Assembly (NCBI GenBank): GCA_018649885.1
Contig: JABIHA010000020.1
Span: 1 to 64,000, forward strand
Source: Bacteriovoracaceae bacterium
GTDB lineage: Bacteria; Bdellovibrionota; Bacteriovoracia; Bacteriovoracales; Bacteriovoracaceae
Direction: 5' to 3'
Length of the DNA: 64,000 bases
Shown: positions 1 to 9,356 of the stretch, in pieces
How the letters are laid out: each line of letters begins with the position of its first letter
How positions within the stretch are numbered: position 1 is the first letter of the stretch
Made by a program: the position numbers and the translations under genes
Notes under the pieces: model-generated
Told to the model about the DNA's origin: nothing
The model's input: only the letters and a program-made list of their open reading frames with translations
Databases searched by the model: none

Positions 1-558
1 AATCATTTTTACGGGCTGAGACTTTAAAAAGTGCATGATAGGAATCATTAGTGAGCCTCCAAGCCCTGAAACTACTCCTGTATGTACTCCAATGAGATCT
101 TTTTTAACTACCGCTTGAATTGAAAATAAACCAAGCTTTAATCTCGAAAAGGCCCCTCCATAAAGAGTGCCCTTTCTCTCATCCATTCCCCTGAGAGAGT
201 CTGAGTCATCAGATTCATAACCTCCAGAAAAAAGATCGAGGGCAAGAGTTGCTCCAAAACTAATTTGTTTGTTTCCAAATATTTTGTAAGAGGCCCTTGA
301 CCCTCTTAAATAAAAATTTCCATATTTAATTGTAAATACTGGTAGAACTGCAAACTTATTGCCCACTCCTCTATACACTGATTCAGAGATAACGGTAGCA
401 ACACCAACTGAAATCCCATCTTTAGGACCTTTCTTTTCAGCCTTTTTGGCCTTTGAATTTTCGTTCTTTATATCTGGATCATGTTTTTTATGATCTGTGG
501 CGAAAAGCTTTGGGGCAATTAAAAGAATAAAAAACGCAATCTTATAGTATTTTGCCAC
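1..558 (-). CDS. MipA/OmpV-family outer-membrane beta-barrel protein, partial (runs off the window start)
   Basis: Absent from the ORF track. Manual translation from GTG 558 gives MAKYYKIAFFILLIAPKLFA-TDH...ISVGVATVISESVYRGVGNKFAVLPVFTIKYGNFYLRG...DSLRGMDERK, open to position 1. Signal peptide plus MipA-like YRG...LP and GMD.R motifs. Confidence 0.75.
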   Translation of the reverse strand, partial: MAKYYKIAFFILLIAPKLFATDHKKHDPDIKNENSKAKKAEKKGPKDGISVGVATVISESVYRGVGNKFAVLPVFTIKYGNFYLRGSRASYKIFGNKQISFGATLALDLFSGGYESDDSDSLRGMDERKGTLYGGAFSRLKLGLFSIQAVVKKDLIGVHTGVVSGLGGSLMIPIMHFLKSQPVKMI

Positions 559-691
559 AACTGACGAACCTCATATCAACATAAGTGATCGTATTGTATA
601 CGATTCTACCACTCTAGTTCAATATTATTTAACTAGAGAGCCTTGCCAACCACTATTACGAGTCCACATTAACTACAGGACGAGGAGGGTT

Positions 692-1483
692 ATGGAAACA
701 AAAACCGAGACTACATTTAAAAGCGAAAAAAAGGGCTTTAGGGAATTGTTGACTAGTGAGCTTGCCTACAGACAGGCGAGGAATCCGAGTTACAGTCTAA
801 GGGCGTTCGCGCGTAGTGTTGGAGTTAATCATTCAACTCTTTCACAAATTATCAGAGGCAAGCGTACCTTAACCAAGAGGAATATCCAAAAAATTTGTAT
901 AGGCCTTGGATATTCTGAGCAGCAAACCAAAGAAATCATAGTGAATAATTTGCCCGCAGTACAAGGGCCAAGTCTGATTAATGAAAACTTTACTGTTCAT
1001 GCCTATAGTTTTTTGAGTAGCTCTGTTATTAGATCAATGCTTGAGGCAAAAAAGCTAGTCGGGTTCTCAAACGATCTTAAATGGTTATCAGAAAACCTAG
1101 GCCTAAATGAAAAGAAAATGAAAAGAGCACTCAGTGTCTTTAATGGCATCAAGGAAAGTTTATTCATTACCAGTGTAACAAGTAACAGCATTAAGAAATG
1201 TGCTGACATGATGGAAGAAAGTATCGCCATAAAGGCCAAAAAGCAGTACCGACTCAGCCTTTTCAAAAAGGTCATTGACCAAATCGAAAAAGGGAAAGAC
1301 AGCGAACAGATAATCGCAGATATCATTGCGCTCACTCCATACGAATGGGGACAAATCAAATATCACATTGCTAAAATTAGATCTATTATAAGTCTTGCCA
1401 AAAACTCCCATGAGAAAAAAGATGGGCTCTATGAAATAGCCTTTTCAATGGATAGGCTTGGGCCCTCTCCTCTCAACCTTTGA
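692..1483 (+). CDS. XRE-type HTH protein, TIGR02147/DUF4423-like (Bdellovibrionota type)
   Basis: N-terminal ELAYRQARNPSYSLRAFARSVGVNHSTLSQIIRGKR HTH. GAGGAGG RBS upstream. Overlaps the convergent gene by 55 bp. Confidence 0.7.
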   Translation: METKTETTFKSEKKGFRELLTSELAYRQARNPSYSLRAFARSVGVNHSTLSQIIRGKRTLTKRNIQKICIGLGYSEQQTKEIIVNNLPAVQGPSLINENFTVHAYSFLSSSVIRSMLEAKKLVGFSNDLKWLSENLGLNEKKMKRALSVFNGIKESLFITSVTSNSIKKCADMMEESIAIKAKKQYRLSLFKKVIDQIEKGKDSEQIIADIIALTPYEWGQIKYHIAKIRSIISLAKNSHEKKDGLYEIAFSMDRLGPSPLNL

Positions 1484-3069
1484 ATTCTTTTTCCCAGATC
1501 CATGACAATGTTTTTATATAAAATCATTGCTATATCTGGGAATTTTTTTTCAAGACTCATCAATTTTTTCGGAGTGAGCCCAAAGATGACAGCACCTTCA
1601 TCAAATTTGATAGTAACAGAGTGCTCAGTATTAGAAAGAAGAGACCTCTCTCCTATCACCTCTCCAGCACTAACCGTCCCAATCCGCTGTCCATTTTGAA
1701 TAACAACGCCCAGGCCTTCTAAAATTAAAAATAGCCCTTTAGGTGCACCACCTTGCTGGTAAAGCACTCCATTTTGGTCTGGAGTTTGCTTTTCAAGGCC
1801 TGCTGCCAAGATTTTTCTTTGATCATCACTCATTTCTGCAAAAAGTGGATTTTTTTGAAGTTGAATTTCAATTTCAGGTAAAATAGATTGCTCTTTAAAA
1901 TTATTACTGACCCATTTCGCCATATCATCCATTTCTTTTGGATAAAGCTCAACTCCATTCAAGTCAAAAGGCATATTTAATTTTACCATTTTAACAACGT
2001 CTAATCTTTCAACCCGGTCAAAAACCATAGCGGGAATATAAGCAGTTGGTAAAAACCCTAAACGACTAAGAGTCCTTTGCAACTTAGGAGCGTGAGCACT
2101 GACTTCAATTTCTATATATTTAACTCCCCACTCATTTTGACATTTTGTTAACAGCTCACTGAACAGAAATTGGATAGAGTTTTCATCCACAGTTAAGAGT
2201 TCAAAGATCCTAAGCGATTTTTCTAAATCATCCTTAATATATCCAATGGCCCCGGCCACTGCGTCGATTAAGTTCTCACCTGCTTTTGATTTGGCAACCA
2301 GGTAGTTTGCACTTTTTGCTTTTAATCTAAAAAATCCATAACTTAATTGAGTAGGGCCAAAAACTTCTTTCCCCACAACCCTTCCTCTAGTGATTCTTAG
2401 AAGTGGAGTCACATCCTTTGAGGTAAATTCTTCAATATGATAGTTAGACCTTAAAGGGTAAACCTCAGACAATTCATCTAGAACTCCATCAAAAGGTAAT
2501 CCACAATTCTGAAAAGACATTTGTGCCAGAGTATAAACGAGAGGAATCAACCTTGGATTATTTTTTCTGAGCGCCAATGCTTCATTAAAAACTTGGGCAA
2601 AAAGAGCAATGGATTCACGGTTTTTAAATTGATGCTTATAGGGAAGAAATCCCACAGGCGAAAATTGGTATTTAGTGGAGATTTTTTGAGAATAATCATG
2701 GGGGCAGCGGTTTTCTACAATTCCAATATGAATACGCTCTTCAACAATTTCAAGCCTTTTTTCCATCAAGAGGTTTCCAATTCCCCTTCCTCTCGCCTTA
2801 CAAGAGACAGCAAGCCTTCCAAATTCGGCCTGTAAGTCTGAGTGAATCCCAGCTCCATAGACCACAGAGGCAGTCCCTAATACTTCACCGCTACCACAAT
2901 CACAGGCCACCAGCATTACCATATTGTCAGTATAGATGCTCTGGCGCAGCCAATTTGGATCAAAAAAATGGGTGTAAGGATAATCTTCTTTATAAACCTC
3001 GTGGAAAATACGGATTATTGAGTCAATATCTCTTTCTTCAGCAGGTCTAATTTCTACAGATGTCTCCAT
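1429..3069 (-). CDS. GNAT N-acetyltransferase with C-terminal cyclic-nucleotide-binding domain
   Basis: GNAT motif A (FGRLAVSCKARGRGIGNLLM). Possible second degenerate GNAT (ELLT...GVKYIEIEV...LGFLP). cNMP domain (LYQQGG..GLFLILEG...GEVIGERSLL). Confidence 0.8.
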   Translation of the reverse strand: METSVEIRPAEERDIDSIIRIFHEVYKEDYPYTHFFDPNWLRQSIYTDNMVMLVACDCGSGEVLGTASVVYGAGIHSDLQAEFGRLAVSCKARGRGIGNLLMEKRLEIVEERIHIGIVENRCPHDYSQKISTKYQFSPVGFLPYKHQFKNRESIALFAQVFNEALALRKNNPRLIPLVYTLAQMSFQNCGLPFDGVLDELSEVYPLRSNYHIEEFTSKDVTPLLRITRGRVVGKEVFGPTQLSYGFFRLKAKSANYLVAKSKAGENLIDAVAGAIGYIKDDLEKSLRIFELLTVDENSIQFLFSELLTKCQNEWGVKYIEIEVSAHAPKLQRTLSRLGFLPTAYIPAMVFDRVERLDVVKMVKLNMPFDLNGVELYPKEMDDMAKWVSNNFKEQSILPEIEIQLQKNPLFAEMSDDQRKILAAGLEKQTPDQNGVLYQQGGAPKGLFLILEGLGVVIQNGQRIGTVSAGEVIGERSLLSNTEHSVTIKFDEGAVIFGLTPKKLMSLEKKFPDIAMILYKNIVMDLGKRIQRLRGEGPSLSIEKAIS

Positions 3070-3072
3070 TCA

Positions 3073-4245
3073 TTACTCCTCCAGAATTTTTTTGCCAGCA
3101 ATCCTTGCTACTGTATCAAACCACAACGCCCCAATACCAAGCGCGGACTCATCGAAATCAAATTGTGAAGAGTGGGCAGGATAACTCTCTCTACCTGCCA
3201 CCTGAGCGCCAAATCGAATATAGCATCCAGGCACATGATCTAAGAAGTAAGCAAAGTCCTCGCCCCCCATATTAACCTTGGTAAGCTCTTTGACGTAATC
3301 TTGTCCCACAACTTGGATGGCCGCACTCCTGGCCATACTAGTAGGTCTTTCTAAATTATTAAGAACAGGTGTGATGGGCCTAAAATCGACATCCACACTG
3401 GCGCCGTGAAGATCACACATTGAGTTTGCAATTCTTTTTATGGCATTTTGTAGATGATCCCTCACTCCGCTGTCGTTTGCTCTGATAGTCCCCTCTAGAA
3501 CGGCACTTCCTGCTATGATATTGGGGGCAGATCCTGCGTGAAAGCTACCAATACTTAAAACAGAAGGATGTGCAGGATCAACTTCTCTTGAGACAATGGT
3601 CTGCAAGGCCACAACCAAAAGTCCACCTACAACTACGGCGTCAATCGTTTCATGAGGCCTAGCACCATGACCGCCTTGTCCTGAAATAGAAATTTTAAAC
3701 ATATCTCCAGAAGCGTTTACAGCTCCATCACTGACAACTAAAATTCCCGGTTTATGGTGCCGGTCAATATGGCCGCCAAAAATGATTTTGACATTTTCAA
3801 GTGCCCCTTCTTTGATCATTTGCTTGGCCCCTGTCCCCAACTCTTCGGCCGGCTGAAAAATAAGTCGCACGGGAAGGGGGGGAGGATTTTCGACTAAGAG
3901 TTCAGCAGCTCCTAAAAGCATACTGATATGGCCGTCGTGACCGCAAGCGTGCATGACACCCTCAACTTTTGAAGTAAATCTGAGCCCCGTTTCCTCTTGA
4001 ATAGGAAGCGCATCCATGTCTGCTCGGAGGGCAACAAAGCCTCCAGTAGTACTACCGGCCACATCGACTACAACGCTGGTGCTATTTTCTATCGTTTTAG
4101 GTCTTAGTCCCAAGGACTCTAAATGCCTAAAAATAATTTTTTGAGTGTTCTTTTCCCTATTTCCAAGCTCAGGACTCTGATGAATCTCTCTTCTTAGATT
4201 TTGAATTTTGCTAGCTAACTCAGGTGATATCTTTTTTGCGTTCAT
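3073..4245 (-). CDS. M20D-family amidohydrolase (N-acyl-amino-acid amidohydrolase-like)
   Basis: Motifs LRADMDALP, MHACGHDGH, FQPAEE, GGHGARPH, GGEDF, AHS. Ends 3 bp before the GNAT-cNMP gene start, so likely an operon. Confidence 0.92.
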   Translation of the reverse strand: MNAKKISPELASKIQNLRREIHQSPELGNREKNTQKIIFRHLESLGLRPKTIENSTSVVVDVAGSTTGGFVALRADMDALPIQEETGLRFTSKVEGVMHACGHDGHISMLLGAAELLVENPPPLPVRLIFQPAEELGTGAKQMIKEGALENVKIIFGGHIDRHHKPGILVVSDGAVNASGDMFKISISGQGGHGARPHETIDAVVVGGLLVVALQTIVSREVDPAHPSVLSIGSFHAGSAPNIIAGSAVLEGTIRANDSGVRDHLQNAIKRIANSMCDLHGASVDVDFRPITPVLNNLERPTSMARSAAIQVVGQDYVKELTKVNMGGEDFAYFLDHVPGCYIRFGAQVAGRESYPAHSSQFDFDESALGIGALWFDTVARIAGKKILEE

Positions 4246-4673
4246 GTCTACCTCACACTTAAAGACTACGCCTAAGCATATCCCTGTTTTATGAGCTTTC
4301 TCAAGGTTTTCAATGTTTTTAAAGGAGTTGAATGATCTCTAGCGTGGAATACGGTATTTAGGTGCCTGGAATCAGCATGATAAGGCCCATACCAGTAAAA
4401 TTATTTTAAACATTTTCATCTCCCCCATTAAATAACTTCACAAATTATGCTTCAGTTCCCGGTACTTATAAAACCTCACCTAGAGGTTAAAAAAATAGTG
4501 CATCGCATTTCGTAATTATCGCAATTAAACGATGTGGTGCATCCTATGAATTTTTTATTCGCGCACTGCACGTAGATTGACGGTGTAGCTCTAAACTCAT
4601 AACAGCTGTCTATATATTTAAAGATAGATGATTTCCCCAAATCCCCTATCACAACAACTTTCAGGAGTTTCAT

Positions 4674-5348
4674 ATGAAACATATTTTATTTTTATCATTA
4701 CTTTTTAGCTCAATTGCAAGCGCTTCTTACCTCGAAAACTGTGTCTATAAAACAACTCTTGTTAGCGAAGGAAGAGTGGGCTCCCTCGACAAATCACTTA
4801 GAGAAGGTGAAATGCCAAGGGCCTACATCTTTAAGATTGATAAGGTTGTAGAGAACAAAGGGAGCCACGCAGGTTGCGATCACTTACTTGGAAACCTAAA
4901 GGCCTTAACCAGTACAAAAAATACAGGCGCTAAAGTCGGCGACAGTGTTTATCTCGATCATTTTTATGTCAACAACTACTCACCAAATGGTGTTGTTGAA
5001 TCAGACCGTTGGAAGGTTGTGGCCGCACCAGTTGTTCAAAATGAATGCTTCAAGGTTTCTGACAAAGACGGAAAACCTGCCTATGCAGTATTAGGGTTAA
5101 AGCCTTATAACGTAGACCAAGTATGTGTCACAGACCAATGGAAAAATGAAGAATTCGCAGCAGTAGAAATTCAATTTAAACTTGCTGGAAAAGTTCTAGT
5201 TGAATTCAAAGGATCATCAGAAAAATACTCTGACTCAAATGTGCGCTTTACACTTAATGACGGTGGTTTTGAGCCCACACAGTTTGAAGCTTCAATCAAA
5301 GACGGAAAGCTTGTAGATTTTAAGCTTCCCTCAAGTTTTGGATTATAA
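4674..5348 (+). CDS. secreted hypothetical protein
   Basis: AGGAG RBS, signal peptide MKHILFLSLLFSSIASA, followed by a terminator. Confidence 0.8.
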   Translation: MKHILFLSLLFSSIASASYLENCVYKTTLVSEGRVGSLDKSLREGEMPRAYIFKIDKVVENKGSHAGCDHLLGNLKALTSTKNTGAKVGDSVYLDHFYVNNYSPNGVVESDRWKVVAAPVVQNECFKVSDKDGKPAYAVLGLKPYNVDQVCVTDQWKNEEFAAVEIQFKLAGKVLVEFKGSSEKYSDSNVRFTLNDGGFEPTQFEASIKDGKLVDFKLPSSFGL

Positions 5349-5366
5349 TTTACAGTGATAAATCAC

Positions 5367-5398
5367 AAAAGGTCCCAATGAATTTGGGGCCTTTTTTT
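5367..5398 (+). terminator. intrinsic terminator
   Basis: AAAAGGTCCCAA-tgaat-TTGGGGCCTTTT hairpin plus T-run after the stop at 5348. Confidence 0.8.
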
Positions 5399-5546
5399 CG
5401 CCAGATTTGTCTAAAATCAAACAAATATCTTTAAAAACCAAGTAAAGAACATAAAATTTATTTAATAAATTTCAAATTTCCTCAAATACTCCGAAATGGT
5501 ATTAGTAAAATACCGTTATTTGGCACTATAAATAAAGAGGGTTTGT

Positions 5547-6362
5547 ATAAAGTCAATATTACTTAAGCTTGTTATTGCCTTGAATATTATGGCTGCAGGA
5601 TTTTCAGTCCATGCTGGAATGGATTTTTGTAGAATCATCTTAGAGACTGGGATAATGGGAGGGCATCTAGGCTACGGCAATGTTCTCAACTATGATTTGT
5701 ACAGACCCTATGATTCAATTTTATTTCTTTCAGATGGCATTGATGACACCTTTGGCTTTCGAAATGAAGTGAAAAATATAGAAGGTGCCCTATCCCTAGG
5801 AGAAAGAGTCTCTGGACATTTTCCTGGAAAAAAAGTTGTTCAGACTGATTTCAATATTGTGGGCAGCACAACCAAAGGCAATCTGACCCAAATGCACTTA
5901 GACAATACTGCCGACTTTCCCTTTAATGATGAAACATTCGATTTAATCGTCATGAGAAAGGGCATGTGTCTATGCTGTAGACGACAGCCTTGCGGAGGAT
6001 TCAGCTCAAAGCATGCAGCCAGTAAACAATTTTTCACAAGGGTTATTGAATCCCTCAACTTAAAAAACCCCAAGGCGATGGCCATATTGCACGGACAAGA
6101 AAAAGCAAACCCTAAGGTTGTCGAGAGATGGAAAAGAGTAGCAGAGGAACTAGAACAGGCCTATGATGTGGATATCTCATTTGGCTATGCACCTCCTGGA
6201 TATGGTTTCAAAGCAGGAGACGATGGTATTAACGCAGTTCCTGCTCTTATAGATCAATCAACAATGCCACTTGAAAGTGCTGAGCCCATGCTGGGAGAAT
6301 TTAATTCTATTATCATTCGCCCCAGAGTTTCAGAGGCGATTCCACTAACAGAAAGACTTTAA
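5547..6362 (+). CDS. class I SAM-methyltransferase-like protein, probably exported (start uncertain: ATA 5547 or TTG 5580)
   Basis: ADFPFNDETFDLIV resembles the Methyltransf_11 LPFxDxxFD motif. The frame extends to an ATA 5 nt after GAGGG, giving a complete signal peptide xKSILLKLVIALNIMAAGFSVHA. Confidence 0.55.
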   Translation: MKSILLKLVIALNIMAAGFSVHAGMDFCRIILETGIMGGHLGYGNVLNYDLYRPYDSILFLSDGIDDTFGFRNEVKNIEGALSLGERVSGHFPGKKVVQTDFNIVGSTTKGNLTQMHLDNTADFPFNDETFDLIVMRKGMCLCCRRQPCGGFSSKHAASKQFFTRVIESLNLKNPKAMAILHGQEKANPKVVERWKRVAEELEQAYDVDISFGYAPPGYGFKAGDDGINAVPALIDQSTMPLESAEPMLGEFNSIIIRPRVSEAIPLTERL

Positions 6363-6370
6363 ATCTCACA

Positions 6371-7705
6371 CTAATTACAAAATAATTCAAATGGCTCTTT
6401 ATAAGATCTAGGATTTACAAGCTCTATATATTTTCTTGCCTCTTTACTAGTAAGTTCAGGAACTCTTTTGACAAGCCTATTTAAAAAATCACCAAAGTTA
6501 AGCTTTGCTCTTTTAACATTTTCACCACCTTGTGACAGCGGCAAAAAAGTGGAGAGAATATCCTTTAAGGTTATGAATGTTCTCTCGCAAAGATACTCAC
6601 TCTGGGAAAGATCTCTCTTAATAATTTTTTTCTTATCGAGATCTTCTCCATACACATCACCTGGTCCAAAGTAGGTATAGTTTTGGATATTTTCTAAGGT
6701 CATACTCAAAAGAAGGCTGGTCCATCCAGAGTCCTTACCCTCACTAAACTTTAATTTCTTACCGGCCAAGAGAGTTGTCAGAAAAGACCTATTATATGGC
6801 TTACTCGCTTTTTTCTCAAAAACTTCTTGGAGAATTCTTTGAGCTGCAAACTCAGCAAACCCCTCGTGAAAGGCAATATGAGCGGGGGCAAAGGGTGTAT
6901 GAGTGGTTAAATTTTGAAGCCAATAACCCACAAGCCCACTTGGGCCTTTAATATGCTGATAGGCCCAAATATGCATTAATTCATGAACTAGTGTACGAAG
7001 AGTAAAGTCATCAGTTCTTGAGTTTTTAATAATGTAAATAGTTTGATTGAGCTCATTAGCATAACTACGCTCAAGTCTCTTTCCATCAGGGCCATAGTCA
7101 CTGATCAAACTATTGTGTGGATATTTTACAGCAACCCTCTTTTGAAACCCAAATTCTTCTCCAAAGCTTTTTAAATAATCAAAGACCTTACTATAAATAG
7201 TCCAAAGCTCAGCGTGTTTTCTAAAATCACCTACACCAAGAGAATAATTTGCATTTTTTTTGAAAATCATTTTTCCCAGGTCGAGTTCACTCGTTGTAAC
7301 TTTTTCTGAGCTGCGATAAATTGTATTGGCCTTAACTTTAAAAAATGGTGAAAATCCTGCATGCTTGTGTCTTAGTTCTAAAAGATCATTTTGAAATTTC
7401 AACTTGACCTTTATAAAGCGACCGGTTTCACATTTTTTACCTTTTAAAGTAAGTGGGATTGAAAAGCTTCCATCAGACTTCGTTTTCCCCTCCCCCCAGG
7501 GAACATAAATCCCTTTGTGAAGTTGTGACTTGAAAATTTTAACTTTTGCTCCAATTATAGGCAGAGTTTGTTTCTTAAGCTCTTTAAGTATAGTTTTCAC
7601 CTGAATTGTTCCACTAACTTGATACTTACATTCACCTGCCATAACAATAAAGCTAAGTGAGTAGAGAAAAAATAGAAAAAGGATTTTTAAGATATGGTTT
7701 TTCAT
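6371..7705 (-). CDS. secreted zinc metalloprotease (HExxH, gluzincin-like)
   Basis: Signal peptide from MKNHILK. TLVHELMHIWAY followed by AFHEGFAEF (third-ligand Glu motif). Confidence 0.7.
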   Translation of the reverse strand: MKNHILKILFLFFLYSLSFIVMAGECKYQVSGTIQVKTILKELKKQTLPIIGAKVKIFKSQLHKGIYVPWGEGKTKSDGSFSIPLTLKGKKCETGRFIKVKLKFQNDLLELRHKHAGFSPFFKVKANTIYRSSEKVTTSELDLGKMIFKKNANYSLGVGDFRKHAELWTIYSKVFDYLKSFGEEFGFQKRVAVKYPHNSLISDYGPDGKRLERSYANELNQTIYIIKNSRTDDFTLRTLVHELMHIWAYQHIKGPSGLVGYWLQNLTTHTPFAPAHIAFHEGFAEFAAQRILQEVFEKKASKPYNRSFLTTLLAGKKLKFSEGKDSGWTSLLLSMTLENIQNYTYFGPGDVYGEDLDKKKIIKRDLSQSEYLCERTFITLKDILSTFLPLSQGGENVKRAKLNFGDFLNRLVKRVPELTSKEARKYIELVNPRSYKEPFELFCN

Positions 7706-7934
7706 AGCGTGCCCCCAGCACAACTATCATACCAATATTGCACATTTAAATTGAAAACTAATATGAGATATAGTGTTTATTACACATTTCCAATGGCCCT
7801 GAGTGTCTAGACTTTAGACGGGTATGAAATAAATGCCTTAAATCTAAGCTTTATCAAATTCATAACTAAGCAATTTAGAAGTCGGAATACATAATATGAG
7901 AAGAGGGATTTGAAAAAATATTGAATGAGTATTG

Positions 7935-8128
7935 AGAATATATTGGAAAAACGTAAGAAATACCCTTGCAGGTGAGAAGGCCTATGGTTCCAGCTGTAGA
8001 GAGATGTTATTCACGGCGCTGGAAAATATAGTGGCGCCTATAGAGTTTGGAGAGCGCCGTGAACAAAATATTTCCAAAACTAAATCCACGATACTTAGAT
8101 CCTCACACACATTATTTTTAAATATTCT
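7935..8128. other. long nested imperfect hairpin (possible structured RNA)
   Basis: Perfect 11-bp IR TTCACGGCGCT (8010-8020) / AGCGCCGTGAA (8053-8063), inner TATAG/CTATA, outer GTGAG/CTCAC and AGAATAT/ATATTCT. Confidence 0.4.
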
Positions 8129-8160
8129 ATAACCTAAATAATCTTTATTATCATAAACAT

Positions 8161-9351
8161 CTAAATAAGCCCCATCCGGATCAGAATATTATCTTCACAC
8201 CACACACCGCCTGCGATGGCAGCGGTGATGGCACTTCTGGTACCATCTCTTTTTTCTAAACTTTTCACTCTATTTAAAAAATCTCCGCCGTAAAACATTT
8301 GGAGTAAATTATTAAATCTGGTAATGCCTTTTTTGATCTCTGCGTTGTAAGAGACAACATTGTCTTCTGAGTTGAGCCAGCATCCTTCATTTTCAAGAGA
8401 ATAGACAATATTTTGGGAGAGAAGTTTAGCAGACATTAAAGACACGTGAACTCCTGAAGAAAAAACAGGATCGAGAAAACTCATCGAGTCCCCCACACTC
8501 CCCCACCTTTCGCCTACAAAACTATCACACTTATAAGAATAGTTTGAGACCACTTTAAATTCACTGGATCTGTTAGCGCTAGACATCAGCTCACTGAGCC
8601 AGCTATTTTTATCAATAATAGCTGTAAAAGCACCTTCAGGATCAGAAATCTCAGGCAAATTTGTCCTGCTTGAAACAATTCCCACTGAGGTTGAACCATC
8701 TTCAAAAGGAATAAGCCAGGCCCAGGAATTGTCATGAAGGATTCCGATGGTGATATCTCCTCTATCTCTTAAATTGTCTCTACTAACCCCCTCAAAGTGG
8801 GCATAGATGGAAAAGTTGTTGTAGTACAATTCATTTTTTTCTTTGCTTTCAAACTTTCTGAGAATTTGAGATTTCCCCCCAGTTGCATCGACGATAAATT
8901 TTGAGCGGTACTGTCCCTTATCTGTTGTGACCATCACACCTTCAAGATTAATCTCAAGGTCACAAAACTCTTCTGGCTGATGCACTTCCACGCCGGCCTT
9001 GATAGCATGGTTTAAAAAATCATGATCAAATTGCGCTCTTTGAACTTCATAAGCGTGTGGGTACGCAGCCTTTCCCCCATCAGAGAAATCAAAGTAGATG
9101 GAATCACCTTGCCTAGAATCAATAAAGAGCGCCCCTTTTTTCTTCAAATAATTCCCAGAGGCCAAAACTTTATCAAAACCTAAGTCCTCAAAAACTTCCA
9201 TGGAAAAGGGAAGTAGTGACTCGCCTATTTGAAACCTTGGAAAGTTTGATTTTTCGAGGAGTAAAACGCGTTTGCCTTGTTTATGAACGTATTGTGCTGT
9301 TGCAGCTCCTGCCGGACCACCACCTACGACAATTAAATCATACATCTTCAT
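8161..9351 (-). CDS. flavin-dependent halogenase-like FAD oxidoreductase
   Basis: GGGPAG FAD motif, FPRFQIGESLLP, WAWLIP (WxWxIP halogenase signature), FLDPVFSSG. Confidence 0.85.
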   Translation of the reverse strand: MKMYDLIVVGGGPAGAATAQYVHKQGKRVLLLEKSNFPRFQIGESLLPFSMEVFEDLGFDKVLASGNYLKKKGALFIDSRQGDSIYFDFSDGGKAAYPHAYEVQRAQFDHDFLNHAIKAGVEVHQPEEFCDLEINLEGVMVTTDKGQYRSKFIVDATGGKSQILRKFESKEKNELYYNNFSIYAHFEGVSRDNLRDRGDITIGILHDNSWAWLIPFEDGSTSVGIVSSRTNLPEISDPEGAFTAIIDKNSWLSELMSSANRSSEFKVVSNYSYKCDSFVGERWGSVGDSMSFLDPVFSSGVHVSLMSAKLLSQNIVYSLENEGCWLNSEDNVVSYNAEIKKGITRFNNLLQMFYGGDFLNRVKSLEKRDGTRSAITAAIAGGVWCEDNILIRMGLI

Positions 9352-9356
9352 CTCCT

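Noticed and set aside
7932..8132. 66-aa ORF over the long hairpin
   Set aside because: TTG start and no motif. The region is better explained by its palindromic structure.
7935..8133. Integron attC site
   Set aside because: RYYYAAC/GTTRRRY ends do not flank the palindrome correctly, there is a single copy, and no integrase is present.
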